A DNA stretch of 64,000 nt from Deltaproteobacteria bacterium ADurb.Bin151 (GCA_002070455.1 MWDG01000001.1:240-64239), one strand, 5' to 3'. Shown: positions 16,514 to 27,049, counted from the stretch's first letter. Notes: generated from the letters alone by a model not told the origin. Made by a program: numbers and translations.

Positions 16514-18211
16514 TCATGATGAAAATTCGGCAAGGAAAGCGCTTTCCGCTTCATAGGTGCCGATGAGGATAAGTTCATCATTATTCTCCATCTGGAGGTT
16601 GGGCTCAGGATTAATCAGGGCAGTGTCCTTGTGCTGTATTGCCACAACAGTGCAACCGGTTTTCTCTCTTATGCCCGACTGCGCCAGAGTCTTGCCGACA
16701 AGGGATCTCGGGACCTGCAGATGGAAAAAGTTCAGTCCTTCCGCCAGCAGCAGCGTTTCTTCGTTCATCAGGAAATTGAAAATGGCATTTGCGCCGAGTG
16801 ATGCGTAGGACATGACAAAATCTGCACCCGCGCGGTGCAGTGTGGAAATATTACGGTCCTCACTTGCGCGGCTGAGAATCTGCATGTCGGGCCTCAGACT
16901 TCGGAGATATTTGGTGAGATAAATATTAGTGGCATCATCGTGAGAGGTGATCAGGGCTGCCGGCGCTTTTTCGAACCAGGCTTTCTCCAGCGTGTGAATA
17001 TCAGCAGCATCTCCGTAAACAAAGTGGGTGTCTTCTTCGTTTCTCCGGCGGTTCCTTTCAATGATGAGGTAGAGGATATCGGATTCCTGAAACCGTGCGG
17101 CTATCGCGTGGCCGACTCGCCCGCCGCCGACAATGATGACCGGATCACCGGCAACTTTGCAGATCTGATAGAAGGAATAAACTTCATCATATTTTGCCAC
17201 GGAAGCTTCGGTTCCGGCAAAGACAAGAACACTGGTCCTGTCGATGATGGTATCCGGCTTGGGGACGATGAATTTTCCTCTTTCCCAGATGCCCACTACC
17301 GTAAGCCCAAAGGATTCCCGAATCCCGCTTTCGGACAGGTTTTGTCCGACAAGAGGGGTCCCGATAACCGGTGCCTGGGCGATAACCAATTGTTCGTAGC
17401 GGCCGATCACGTTGGCCTTGCAGTCGCCTGCGATCGTCCATGCCGCAAGAGAACTTCCCAAAAGGTCATAGAGCTGCAGGACGCGTGAGCTTCCCGCGAG
17501 CTGCAGGATGTCCACGGAATGAGGCGACTCTGCGGTGGTAACGATCGGCAGGTGTTCAAATTCTTCCCGCAGGGTCAAGGTGATGTTTGTATTCATCTGG
17601 TCGCTGTTGGTGGCTACAATCAAAGCTGCATTTTGAGCGCGAAGATTCGAATAGGTTTTGGGGTCATCAATATTGCCGATAGCCACCCGGATGTTCCTGT
17701 CGTATAGTTCCAGTGCCTGCTTTAATTCATCGACCAAAACCACATAATCCTTTTTATAGCTGATGAGCTTTTCCACCAGGGAGGAGGTTACCGGATCGTA
17801 ATTGGTGATGATTACATGGTTGCGGGTGTCCATCGGAAGTTCACGAGGGGCACGGCTTCTTGCCTGCGCGTCCATCCAGGGGGCGAAAAAGAACTTGATA
17901 AAGACAAAAGGGAGCAGGATTAAAAGAAGAATAACGCCTGACAACAGAACAATAATAGAAAAAGCACGGCCGATGTCGCTGGTGAACGTTATATCTCCGA
18001 AACCCAGAGTGGACATGACGGTCAGCGTCCAGTAAAATCCGGTAATCCAGGAATGCTCCTGCCCTTCCAGATCCATCAAATAATGAAAAAGAATGCTGTA
18101 GAAGGTGATCAGCGCCACAATGGCCAGCAGGTACTTGGCCAGCATGCTGATGTTGGCTTTAACAATCTTGCTTCCCGATATTGTGCTTAAAATCGCGGAC
18201 AGAAACTTCAT
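16514..18211 (-). CDS. Potassium channel with two RCK (TrkA-N/TrkA-C) domains
   Basis: Pore signature TVMSTLGFGDITF. GxGxxG blocks (IIVGGGRVGHAIA). The start is taken at ATG 18211 (MKFLSAILS...); the track start 18286 is possible. Confidence 0.8.
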   Translation of the reverse strand: MKFLSAILSTISGSKIVKANISMLAKYLLAIVALITFYSILFHYLMDLEGQEHSWITGFYWTLTVMSTLGFGDITFTSDIGRAFSIIVLLSGVILLLILLPFVFIKFFFAPWMDAQARSRAPRELPMDTRNHVIITNYDPVTSSLVEKLISYKKDYVVLVDELKQALELYDRNIRVAIGNIDDPKTYSNLRAQNAALIVATNSDQMNTNITLTLREEFEHLPIVTTAESPHSVDILQLAGSSRVLQLYDLLGSSLAAWTIAGDCKANVIGRYEQLVIAQAPVIGTPLVGQNLSESGIRESFGLTVVGIWERGKFIVPKPDTIIDRTSVLVFAGTEASVAKYDEVYSFYQICKVAGDPVIIVGGGRVGHAIAARFQESDILYLIIERNRRRNEEDTHFVYGDAADIHTLEKAWFEKAPAALITSHDDATNIYLTKYLRSLRPDMQILSRASEDRNISTLHRAGADFVMSYASLGANAIFNFLMNEETLLLAEGLNFFHLQVPRSLVGKTLAQSGIREKTGCTVVAIQHKDTALINPEPNLQMENNDELILIGTYEAESAFLAEFSS

Positions 18212-18319
18212 CGGATGTATCCCTGAACAATCCTTGGAATTATTTTTTGACTGAATGAGTATAGGAACAACGTTTGGGACTGTCAACAGAAATCATGTCA
18301 CGGTGAATTTACGCTGCCG

Positions 18320-19225
18320 CTAATGAACGATGATATTGTTCAGCGCTTCTTCGATTCCCGGATATTGAAATTGAAATCCTGCGTCAAGCAGGCGGCGGGG
18401 AATCACGCGTTGGCCTTTGAGCAGGACAGAACCGAATTCACCGAGAACCAGTCTGATCATAAAGCCTGGTGCGGGCAAAATGGATGGACGGTGCAATACT
18501 TTGCCGATGGTCTTCCCAAGGTCCCCGTTGCGGACAGGCCGGGGAGAGCACAGATTGAACGTGCCGGATACTTCTTTATGTTTCAGCAGGAAAACAATTG
18601 CTTCCGTGAGATCTTGAATATGGATCCAGGAAAACCACTGACGTCCACTTCCCAGCGGACCACCCAAAAAGAATTTAAAAAGGGGAATCATTTGCCCCAG
18701 CGCTCCTCCGTCTGGACCCAGCACAATACCGAAGCGGGTGATGACAACGCGCGCATTTTTTTCTTGAGCCCGGAAAGCTTCCGCTTCCCAATCATGTGCC
18801 AGGCGTGCCAGAAAATCATTGCCCGCAGGCGATGATTCAATCAGTTCTTCATCTTCGTGAAATCCGTAATATCCGACAGCGGATGTGCTGAAAAAAGTGA
18901 TGTGACTTGCATTATCCGGCAGGGCTTCGACCAGATGCTTTGTTGTGTTGATGCGGCTTGCACGCAGAATGATCTTTTGCTGTTGTGTCCATCGGCTGAA
19001 TATGGAAGCCCCCGCAAGGTTGATGATGACATCGTGATCGCGAACGGCTTCCTGCCATTTGCCCCTGCTGTTAGGATCACCGTTCAGATAGGAGAGATTG
19101 TTTTTTTTTGCTTCTCTGCCGGTAATTGCCTGCGTGAGGATTGTAACCTGATGACCTTCCCGGATAAGACGGTCCGCCAGGAATGTTCCGACAAAACCTG
19201 TTCCGCCTGTCATGAAGATTTTCAT
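18320..19225 (-). CDS. SDR-family NAD-dependent epimerase/dehydratase (YfcH/TIGR01777-like)
   Basis: MKIFMTGGTGFVG start at 19225 with AAGGAG 8 nt upstream. C-terminal PRRLLDAGFQFQYP block typical of the DUF1731 end. Confidence 0.75.
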   Translation of the reverse strand: MKIFMTGGTGFVGTFLADRLIREGHQVTILTQAITGREAKKNNLSYLNGDPNSRGKWQEAVRDHDVIINLAGASIFSRWTQQQKIILRASRINTTKHLVEALPDNASHITFFSTSAVGYYGFHEDEELIESSPAGNDFLARLAHDWEAEAFRAQEKNARVVITRFGIVLGPDGGALGQMIPLFKFFLGGPLGSGRQWFSWIHIQDLTEAIVFLLKHKEVSGTFNLCSPRPVRNGDLGKTIGKVLHRPSILPAPGFMIRLVLGEFGSVLLKGQRVIPRRLLDAGFQFQYPGIEEALNNIIVH

Positions 19226-19255
19226 GGTACCCGTCTCCTTTTTCATGCGGTTTTT

Positions 19256-19645
19256 TCATGAAACTGTTCCGTCACCAATCAGGGGCAATACCTTGTCCAG
19301 ATGAAAAAAGATCAGAAATTTCGGACCACTTTGGGGATTGCCTTTTCCTGAGGGATGCTTTTTCCGTCTTATTTCCTCAATCAACGGGCTGTCTTTTTCC
19401 TCTCGGATTTTAGTGATGTAAAGCCTGCGGCCTTCGTAACCGCCTTTTTCCTTGAAGATGTATGCGGCATGGGGATTTACCTGAAGATTTGCGTGAGTAA
19501 GCCTGTCACCGGCAATGAAGGTGATTGTTTCTTCATCCATAAAGTGCGGTCTGCCGTAGACCGCGGCGTTGACTTTACCGCTTTGATCAGCGGTGGAAAG
19601 AACACCAAAACCATCCGCCTGATCAAAATACTCGCTTAACTTCAT
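19256..19645 (-). CDS. Pyridoxamine 5'-phosphate oxidase-family protein
   Basis: 129 aa. GFGVLSTADQSGKVNAAVYG... split-barrel pattern. Confidence 0.65.
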   Translation of the reverse strand: MKLSEYFDQADGFGVLSTADQSGKVNAAVYGRPHFMDEETITFIAGDRLTHANLQVNPHAAYIFKEKGGYEGRRLYITKIREEKDSPLIEEIRRKKHPSGKGNPQSGPKFLIFFHLDKVLPLIGDGTVS

Positions 19646-19725
19646 ATTTCCCCCCTTTGATTTTGATGCGTTTTGACATAAAGTAAACTATGTATGATCT
19701 ATTGTAAAGGCAAGGATGATCTAAA

Positions 19726-20253
19726 ATGAAAAAAATTAATTGGGTTTTTATTTTTGTGCTGGTCAGTTGCGTCTCTATGCCGGATGGTGTGAAGCCGGTG
19801 GACAATTTTCAGGCCAAGCGATATCTGGGGCAGTGGTATGAAATTGCCAGGCTGGATCATTCTTTTGAACGGGGATTGACCCGTGTAACGGCTGAATATA
19901 GCCGTCGTGAAGATGGAGGCATCCGGGTCGTGAACAGAGGTTGTCTGGCAGGTGAGGGCAAATGGAAGGAAGCCGAAGGCAAGGCGTATTTTGTTCATGG
20001 GCCTGCGCATGGGTTCTTAAAAGTTTCCTTTTTCGGCCCGTTTTACGGATCTTACGTGATTCTGGAGCTGGATAAGCAGGATTACTCTTATGCACTGGTC
20101 TGTGGACCGGACAAATCCTATCTGTGGATTCTGGCCCGCAGCTCCGAACTGGACAAAGAAATCATAAACCGGTTGATATCCAGAGCATCATCCCTGGGAT
20201 TTGACACCGGCAAGCTCATTTTTGTGAAGCATGATGAAAGGGGTAAACCATGA
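19726..20253 (+). CDS. blc: Bacterial lipocalin (outer-membrane lipoprotein Blc)
   Basis: Lipobox LVSC. YLGQWYEIARLDHSFERG lipocalin signature. Confidence 0.85.
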   Translation: MKKINWVFIFVLVSCVSMPDGVKPVDNFQAKRYLGQWYEIARLDHSFERGLTRVTAEYSRREDGGIRVVNRGCLAGEGKWKEAEGKAYFVHGPAHGFLKVSFFGPFYGSYVILELDKQDYSYALVCGPDKSYLWILARSSELDKEIINRLISRASSLGFDTGKLIFVKHDERGKP

Positions 20254-20891
20254 CTTGCAGAATTCTTGGCATTTCCGGATCGCCGGTGAAGAAAGGCAAT
20301 GTTGAAACATTCTTGAGCCTTGCAATGAAAGGACTGCCCGCAAAAAATATCGAACAGGATACGATTCATCTTTCAGGTTTGAAAATTCAGGATTGCATCC
20401 ATTGCAATTTTTGCCTGTCCAGGCAGAAACCCGGTAAATACTGCTCCCTGAAGGATGACGCTCAAGCCGTTTTTGAAAAAGCCGGGGCGGCGGATATCAT
20501 CGTGCTGGCCAGCCCCGTGTATTTCATGCGCACTTCCGCGCGGATGGCGGCAATGATTGACCGGTTTCGGATTTTTGTATTCGGCAATCTGACGGCAGGT
20601 CGCATGAAAAATAAAATTGGTGTGAGCCTGGCTGTGTCCTGGCTTCGGCAGGGTGGAATTGAAACAACGCATTTGGCTCATATCCTGGCTTTTCTGACTT
20701 TGGAAATGATTCCGGCCAGTGTTCATCAGGGGATAAGCCCTCTGGGCGCATCTGCGCATGCCAGTTCCATGGGCTCGGGTGATTTTGATATTCAGAGAAT
20801 GTCTGGAATCGAGAGTGACGTATCCGGCCTCCAGTCAGCAAGGTTCATCATGAGGCGTGCGCTGGAACTGAACAGGCTGATGCATAAATGA
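20250..20891 (+). CDS. Flavodoxin-like FMN reductase / iron-sulfur flavoprotein-like protein
   Basis: ATGA overlap with the blc stop. ILGISGSPVKKGN, a Cys cluster CIHCNFCLSRQKPGKYC and VLASPVYFMR. Confidence 0.7.
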   Translation: MTCRILGISGSPVKKGNVETFLSLAMKGLPAKNIEQDTIHLSGLKIQDCIHCNFCLSRQKPGKYCSLKDDAQAVFEKAGAADIIVLASPVYFMRTSARMAAMIDRFRIFVFGNLTAGRMKNKIGVSLAVSWLRQGGIETTHLAHILAFLTLEMIPASVHQGISPLGASAHASSMGSGDFDIQRMSGIESDVSGLQSARFIMRRALELNRLMHK

Positions 20892-21099
20892 GGTTGGCTC
20901 AGCGTAATGGGAAAAATCTTTCTGTGTTTGTTTCACCATTATGATAAAAAATTACGAATGGGGATAGATACTGTCGAAAAAAACAGAAACAAAATGACCC
21001 TGTTTTTTTATTTATCAGGTATCACACGAATACAAGCAAAGCCTGTAGAAGGCCTATTTATGGGTTGCGGGTTGCCTGTTTGATCAAACGGCTTCTTGA

Positions 21100-21357
21100 T
21101 TACGCATAACACTGTTTTAGGGCAGATTTTCCTTCCCTTCGGTGAGGAGGGCCAAATTGCTTTATTTCCCGCTTTTTTTCCAGTCTCCAGAAGTATCGGA
21201 TCTTGCAAACTTCTCCGATGGGCAACCCCGTCATATTTTCCAGATCCGTAATGCGAATATTAGGGTTTTTATCAAGTTCATTAACAATGATCTGCTCTTG
21301 ATGACTCATCTTTTTACCCTGCCCTTCATTAGGATGAAACGAATCCAGGTTATTCAA
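21100..21357 (-). CDS. Small hypothetical protein, possible HTH
   Basis: 85-aa ORF (or 69 aa from ATG 21309). The segment ITDLENMTGLPIGEVCKI looks HTH-like. There is no further support. Confidence 0.3.
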   Translation of the reverse strand: MNNLDSFHPNEGQGKKMSHQEQIIVNELDKNPNIRITDLENMTGLPIGEVCKIRYFWRLEKKREIKQFGPPHRREGKSALKQCYA

Positions 21358-21896
21358 TTATGATTAAAAAATACTTTGTGATACAATATAGCAAATAATG
21401 TGCCTTATGGGCGTATTTCTGTTCATATGCTATAATATTCTGATATTGTTATTTAATTTTAAAAGCGATTTTGTGAAAAATATGACGGTTCTTGATTGGT
21501 CCGTCTGTTACTGTAAATCATTCCGACAATAGAATTCGCGCAGAAGCGCGTTTTAGAGATCAAGGCTCGCAGAAATAGATTTCATTACAATATTTTACAT
21601 CAAATATTCATTATGTAAAGAATTCCGATACCAATTCCGTTCGCGGTGAACCATACATAGTTCTAAATAATTCAATTGTTTAGAGAATAATCATGGATAG
21701 ATTCTTTTCTTCCTGATGCTAATCCATCAGAAGTTTTTTAAAAACTGCCAGGTTTCAACCCCAACACTTGTTGTAGAAAATTACCATTGACTTCTAAAAT
21801 TATTCCTCATAATGTTTTTTAGAATTTTATGATAGTGAAGTGAAATTTTAGTCGGTTCCTGTTAATATAATAATAGGTTAAGATTATTGTAAGCAT

Positions 21897-24416
21897 ATGA
21901 AAATAAAATCAAAACCAAGTGAACCCAGAACGCCGGATCAGCCTGAAAAATCTGGGAAATTAGCAGAAACAATACAAGCAAACAAACAATGGTTCCATGC
22001 TATTGCCCAGCAATCTTCGGATATTATTCTTGTGGTGAATCGGGAAGCAGTGGTGCTGTATGAAAACGATGCTGTGGAAAGAATCCTGGGATTTAAGCCT
22101 GAAGAAAGAATTGGCGAAAAAGTATTTGATCATGCGCACCCTGATGACGTGGGTTTTTTAAGTGACGCATTCAATTTATTATTTGCAGATGAAAATGCTC
22201 CGGTTCAGCAACGTGAAGTGCGTGTGCAGGACATTGAAGGGAATTGGCATATTTTTGAAGCAGGTGCAAGCCATCTGAAGCAGAAAGGCATTGTTGAAGC
22301 AGTCGTAGTTAATCTCCGCGATATTACCGATCGCAAGCGTGTGGAAGAAGCCCTGCAGGAAAGTGAAGCACGCCTCCATGAAAGAGAGGAGCGTTACCGG
22401 AACATTCTCGATAACATGGAGGAGGTGTATTACGAGATAGATCTGAAAGGAAGAATGACGTTTTTCAATAGCACGGCAGTGAGGAAACTCGGATACAGCA
22501 GGAATGAAATGATAGGCATGAATTTTCGCCAATATGTGGAAAAGGAGAGTCATCAAAAGGTGTTCGATGCGTTCCACAAGGTTTTCCTTACAGGGGAGCC
22601 TGTTCAGGGAGTTGATTGGGAGATCATCAGCAAAACAGGCGTGAGAATGCCCGTTGAAAGTTCCATATCTTTGATGCGGGGACTTCAGGGTGACCCTGTT
22701 GGGTTCAGGGGTATTATCCGCGATGTTACCGAGCGTAAACGTGCAGAGGAGAAATTGCATCGCGAAGAACAGAGATTTCGGGCTCTAGCTGACCAATCTG
22801 CGGACATCATTGTCATCGTAAATCGAAAAGGGATTATTATCTACGAAAACAACGCGATTGAAAAAGTTTTAGGATACAAACCTGAAGAAAGAATCGGTGG
22901 CGGCTTATTTGATCTTGTTCACCCGGACGACTTAAAATATTTAACTGAAATAGCTATTAAAATTGCCAAAGATATCAACGCCCCTCATCTGCGGTCTGAG
23001 ATGCGTATTCGTCACAGGGATGGAGACTGGCGCATATTCGAGGTTACGGGAAGCAGCTTGATCAATCGGGGGAAAATTGAATCAGGAATTGTTAACCTCC
23101 GGGACATTACCGAGCGCAAGCTTGCGGAAAAAGCGCTCCGGGACAGTGAAGCACGTTACCGCGAAAGAGAGGAGCGTTACCGGAATATCCTCGATAACAT
23201 GGAGGAAGCCTATTATGAGGTGGATCTGAAGGGGAACCTCACATTTTTCAATGCTGCAGCCGTGATGAATCTCGGTTATGCGGATAATTTCATGATGGGT
23301 CTGAATTTCCGGGAGTATGTGGATGACGAGAATGCGAACAAGGTGTTCGAGGCCTACCATAAGGTTTTCCTTACGGGGGAGCCTATCAAGGGAATCGATT
23401 GGGAGTTGATTACTAAAGAAAGCGGGAAAATACCCGTTGAGAGTTCCATCTCTCTGATAAGGGATGTTCAGGCCAAGCCTGTTGGGTTCAGAGGGATTAT
23501 CCGTGATATCACCGAGCGCAAACGGGCTGAAGAGGCACTGCGGGAAAGCGAGGCGAAGTTCCGAAACCTTACCGAAACCGCCCAGGATGCGATTGTAACG
23601 ACCAATATGAAGGGAATGATTACTTACGCCAACCCGGCGGCAAAAGCACTTGCCAGCGGCAAGGCGGTTGTCGGAATGGTTTTGAAAGATTTCCTGCCCC
23701 CGGATTCAGTTGAACATCATTATGATCAAATTTTTGACTTACTCAGCAGAGGCTTTTCAGAGACCCTGTCTTACGAGTCGAAAATCATGAGATCGCCGGG
23801 TGATGATCCGCTTTACTTCGATGTAAAATCCTCCACACTATGGAATCGAGGTGAACCTTCGGGAATCCTTCTTGTTGCTAGGGACGCAACCGAGCGCAAG
23901 CGGACAGAGGAGGAGATCCGCCTGATGGCCATTATTGATCCCATGACGGGATTGCTCAACAGAAGAGGTTTTATCTCCCTCGCCGAGCAGCAAATGAAAG
24001 CAGCTGTCCGGTCCTGTAAAAAAATGCTTCTTTTTTTCATCGATCTTGACGGCCTGAAGTTTATCAACGATACCTGGGGGCATGAAGAGGGTGACCGCGC
24101 ACTGAGAAGAACATCCGCGATCCTGAAAAATACATTCAGGGAATCCGATATTGTTGCCCGCCTCGGGGGAGATGAATTTGCCACGCTCGTTTACGACAGT
24201 CCTGAACTGCCCGAAGTTATTATGAAACGTTTGCAATGCAGGACTGATGAGGAATGCGCCGCTTCTGATCTTCCTTATATCATTTCCATGAGTATCGGCA
24301 TCGCAGATTACGATCCTTCGGTGCCCTGTTCAATCCATGAATTGATGTACGAGGCTGACCAATTGATGTATAATCAAAAGAAAAGCAAAAAACAGGCGGG
24401 GAAATATCCTGTTTGA
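21897..24416 (+). CDS. Multi-PAS/PAC diguanylate cyclase (GGDEF)
   Basis: 839 aa. Five PAS-like blocks separated by D(I/V/A)T(D/E)RK boundaries. C-terminal GGDEF domain (DPMTGLLNRRGF, RLGGDEFATL). No EAL domain. Confidence 0.9.
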   Translation: MKIKSKPSEPRTPDQPEKSGKLAETIQANKQWFHAIAQQSSDIILVVNREAVVLYENDAVERILGFKPEERIGEKVFDHAHPDDVGFLSDAFNLLFADENAPVQQREVRVQDIEGNWHIFEAGASHLKQKGIVEAVVVNLRDITDRKRVEEALQESEARLHEREERYRNILDNMEEVYYEIDLKGRMTFFNSTAVRKLGYSRNEMIGMNFRQYVEKESHQKVFDAFHKVFLTGEPVQGVDWEIISKTGVRMPVESSISLMRGLQGDPVGFRGIIRDVTERKRAEEKLHREEQRFRALADQSADIIVIVNRKGIIIYENNAIEKVLGYKPEERIGGGLFDLVHPDDLKYLTEIAIKIAKDINAPHLRSEMRIRHRDGDWRIFEVTGSSLINRGKIESGIVNLRDITERKLAEKALRDSEARYREREERYRNILDNMEEAYYEVDLKGNLTFFNAAAVMNLGYADNFMMGLNFREYVDDENANKVFEAYHKVFLTGEPIKGIDWELITKESGKIPVESSISLIRDVQAKPVGFRGIIRDITERKRAEEALRESEAKFRNLTETAQDAIVTTNMKGMITYANPAAKALASGKAVVGMVLKDFLPPDSVEHHYDQIFDLLSRGFSETLSYESKIMRSPGDDPLYFDVKSSTLWNRGEPSGILLVARDATERKRTEEEIRLMAIIDPMTGLLNRRGFISLAEQQMKAAVRSCKKMLLFFIDLDGLKFINDTWGHEEGDRALRRTSAILKNTFRESDIVARLGGDEFATLVYDSPELPEVIMKRLQCRTDEECAASDLPYIISMSIGIADYDPSVPCSIHELMYEADQLMYNQKKSKKQAGKYPV
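21987..23552 (+). repeat. Intragenic tandem duplication of a two-PAS module (2 x 783 bp: 21987-22769 and 22770-23552)
   Basis: Example: 22380-22450 gaaagagaggagcgttaccggaacattctcgataacatggagga... versus 23163-23233 gaaagagaggagcgttaccggaatatcctcgataacatggagga.... Protein blocks EERYRNILDNMEE(V/A)YYE(I/V)DLKG and VGFRGIIRD(V/I)TERKRAEE recur 261 aa apart. Confidence 0.8.
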
Positions 24417-24653
24417 TTTTCCTGTATAGGGACATTATTTTCAATTGTTCTGGATCCACTTTTATTTTTTGCACGATACAATTCAGAACTTCGAAAAAAT
24501 TAAAAATTCTTGAAAATCCACAGAATCCGTATTACGAACCTACGGGGCTGAATTTTTATTGAATGAATATAATCTGAAGACGCTGATGATGATTCTCAGA
24601 AAGCGAACAGAAGATGCCAAATATAATTACATGTTCATTATTGGAGAGAGACA

Positions 24654-24929
24654 ATGCCTGACTACAGAGTGAAAATTTCCGAAACGCAGGATGAGGATCT
24701 GGAATATCATCACTATTTAGTGACTGCGAAAGATGAGAAAGAGGCAAGGGCGTTTACCATGAAATTTATGGAGCGCTTCATTGATGATGATAATGATCCG
24801 GAAATCATTGAAAATGGATATACCTTCTACAACAAGGCAGTGATTGTCCGGCTTGAATCAATCAAAGAGACGACAAAAGAGAAGTTCAAGGATTTTCTGC
24901 TGAAAATTCATACGATCAACATGGCCTGA
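24654..24929 (+). CDS. Small acidic hypothetical protein
   Basis: 91-aa ORF with GGAGAG 6 nt upstream of the ATG. No recognisable family. Confidence 0.4.
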   Translation: MPDYRVKISETQDEDLEYHHYLVTAKDEKEARAFTMKFMERFIDDDNDPEIIENGYTFYNKAVIVRLESIKETTKEKFKDFLLKIHTINMA

Positions 24930-25153
24930 TGTTTGTCATTACCGGTCGGATCCCTAAAATAGAGCGCAATCTTTTGTTTTTTCTGTTTTACAGACTTTTG
25001 CGACGAAAAACGCATTTGCAATGATTTTAAATGCCTGTTATTATTAATGTGTTGTTATTCCGGCAATGTTTCTCGAAGCGGATGTTGACTAACGGCCATA
25101 TAATACGATATAGAGCCACAATGTCGTAAATAAATAGAAGTAAGGAGGTTTGT

Positions 25154-26992
25154 ATGGCAAGTTTATGGATTGATGAGAGGGATATAAAATTCCAGCTGAA
25201 TGAGGTTTTCAATATCGGGGAAACCATTCTGGGCAAAGGCCGCTATGCCGATCACGATGTGGATATGTGCAACATGGTGCTCGATCAGGCGCAGAAATTT
25301 GCCGAGGTTGAGATAGCTCCCACTTATCCGGATGAGGTTCATCGTAAACCGGTTGAAGCTGTATTCAAGGATGGAAAGGTTTATGCACCGGAATCCTACC
25401 ACCGCCTCTGGAAACTGTATTGCGAAGGCGGCTGGATGACCACAGCCGATTCACCTGAAGTTGGCGGCCAGTCCTTTCCGTTCATTATTGGGGCTGCTGT
25501 TGCCAACATGTTTCTGGCTACCAATCAGGCGTTTCTCATGTATGCCGGTTTGAGCCATGGCGCGGCACGGTTGATGGAAGATCACTTCAAAAACCCCCTG
25601 CGTGACATTATCATCGAAAAGATGTTCTCCGGCCAGTGGGCTGGCACAATGTGCCTGACCGAACCGGGTGCGGGGTCTGACCTGGGCATCCTGAAAACTA
25701 CAGCTAAAAGGAATGGAGACGGTACTTATTCCATCGTTGGCACCAAGTGTTTCATTTCTGCCGGAGATCATGACCTGACAGAGAATATTATTCATCCGGT
25801 GCTGGCCCGCATCGAAGGTGACCCGGCCGGCACGAAGGGAATTTCCATCTTTATGGTTCCCAAGATCCGTTTCAATGAAAAGGGCGAACTGGGAGAACCC
25901 AACGATGTGCAATGCGGCAACATCGAAAGCAAAATGGGTATCCACGGCAACGCCACCTGTACTCTGAACTTCGGCACCGACGGAAAATGCATCGGTTATC
26001 TCATGGGTGAAGAGTGCGATGGTATGAAGATCATGTTCCAGATGATGAACGAAGAACGACAGGGCGTGGGAATGATGGGTGTGTCCCTGGCCATGTCGGC
26101 TTACCTGCATGCGCTCGACTACGCCAAGCAGCGCATCCAGGGCTCGAACATCATTGCCGTGGCATTGAAAGATCCGAATGCAAAGGCAGTGCCGATTATT
26201 CAGCATCCGGATGTGCGCCGCATGCTCTTAAAGCAGAAGAGCATTACCGAAGGTATGCGCGCTCTGGCTTTCCTGTGCTACTATGCGATGGACCAGGAAT
26301 TTAACGCCGGTCTTGAGAACAACGAACAGCAGAAAGAATACTGGCATGGCATGATTGAAATGCTCACCCCGATGGTCAAGTCCTACTGCACGGAGAGAGG
26401 CATGGAAGTATGTGGCGATGCCGTTCAGACTTACGGTGGTTACGGCTATTGCCGTGAATACCCGGTCGAGCAGATGATGCGTGACCAGAAGATCAACCTG
26501 ATTTACGAAGGCACCAATGGTATCCAGGCGATGGACCTGCTGGGCCGCAAGCTTGGTATGAAGAAAGGCCTGTATTTCATGAATCTGCTGGGTCTGACCC
26601 AGGCGGCCATTGCCGAAGCGAAAAACAACGAGGGCCTGAAGGCGGAAGCGGAAATCGTCGAAGGCGCCCTCAATGCCTGTGCGGCAACCGCAATGGATTT
26701 TGCAAAGATGATGAAAACCACGCCTTTCGTTCCTCTGATTGGCGCCTGTGACTACCTCAATTGCTTATCCGACGCTCTCGTCGGCTGGCTGCATGTCTGG
26801 ATGGCCAATGTTGCGACCAAAGGTCTTGCCAATGCCACAAACGATAAGGACAAGGCTTTCTACAGCGGCAAGATCCAGGGTGCAAAATTCTTTATCAACC
26901 GCATCACCGGTCTCGTACCGGCCAAACTGGACAATTTAAAGAAGGATGAGCAGAGCGCTATGAACATTAGCGAAGAAGCTTTTGCCGTCTAG
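25154..26992 (+). CDS. Long-type acyl-CoA dehydrogenase with a C-terminal extension domain
   Basis: 612 aa. AAGGAGG upstream. CLTEPGAGSDLG and QTYGGYGYCREYPVEQMMRDQKINLIYEGTNGIQ ACAD motifs, plus about 150 extra C-terminal residues. Confidence 0.85.
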   Translation: MASLWIDERDIKFQLNEVFNIGETILGKGRYADHDVDMCNMVLDQAQKFAEVEIAPTYPDEVHRKPVEAVFKDGKVYAPESYHRLWKLYCEGGWMTTADSPEVGGQSFPFIIGAAVANMFLATNQAFLMYAGLSHGAARLMEDHFKNPLRDIIIEKMFSGQWAGTMCLTEPGAGSDLGILKTTAKRNGDGTYSIVGTKCFISAGDHDLTENIIHPVLARIEGDPAGTKGISIFMVPKIRFNEKGELGEPNDVQCGNIESKMGIHGNATCTLNFGTDGKCIGYLMGEECDGMKIMFQMMNEERQGVGMMGVSLAMSAYLHALDYAKQRIQGSNIIAVALKDPNAKAVPIIQHPDVRRMLLKQKSITEGMRALAFLCYYAMDQEFNAGLENNEQQKEYWHGMIEMLTPMVKSYCTERGMEVCGDAVQTYGGYGYCREYPVEQMMRDQKINLIYEGTNGIQAMDLLGRKLGMKKGLYFMNLLGLTQAAIAEAKNNEGLKAEAEIVEGALNACAATAMDFAKMMKTTPFVPLIGACDYLNCLSDALVGWLHVWMANVATKGLANATNDKDKAFYSGKIQGAKFFINRITGLVPAKLDNLKKDEQSAMNISEEAFAV

Positions 26993-27011
26993 AAGTATTT
27001 TCCCGGGTTCA

Positions 27012-27049
27012 ATAAAAAAGGGGGAACCTTCAGGTTCCTCCTTTTTTTA
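27012..27049 (+). terminator. Rho-independent terminator after the acyl-CoA dehydrogenase gene
   Basis: aaaaaagggggaacc-ttca-ggttcctcctttttttat: GC-rich stem, 4-nt loop, T7 run. Confidence 0.8.

Noticed and set aside
20892-25153. Possibility that the AT-rich flanks around the GGDEF gene mark a genomic island or mobile element
   Set aside because: There is no integrase, transposase, tRNA target or flanking direct repeat, and the gene itself has ordinary composition. It is more simply explained as long regulatory intergenic regions.
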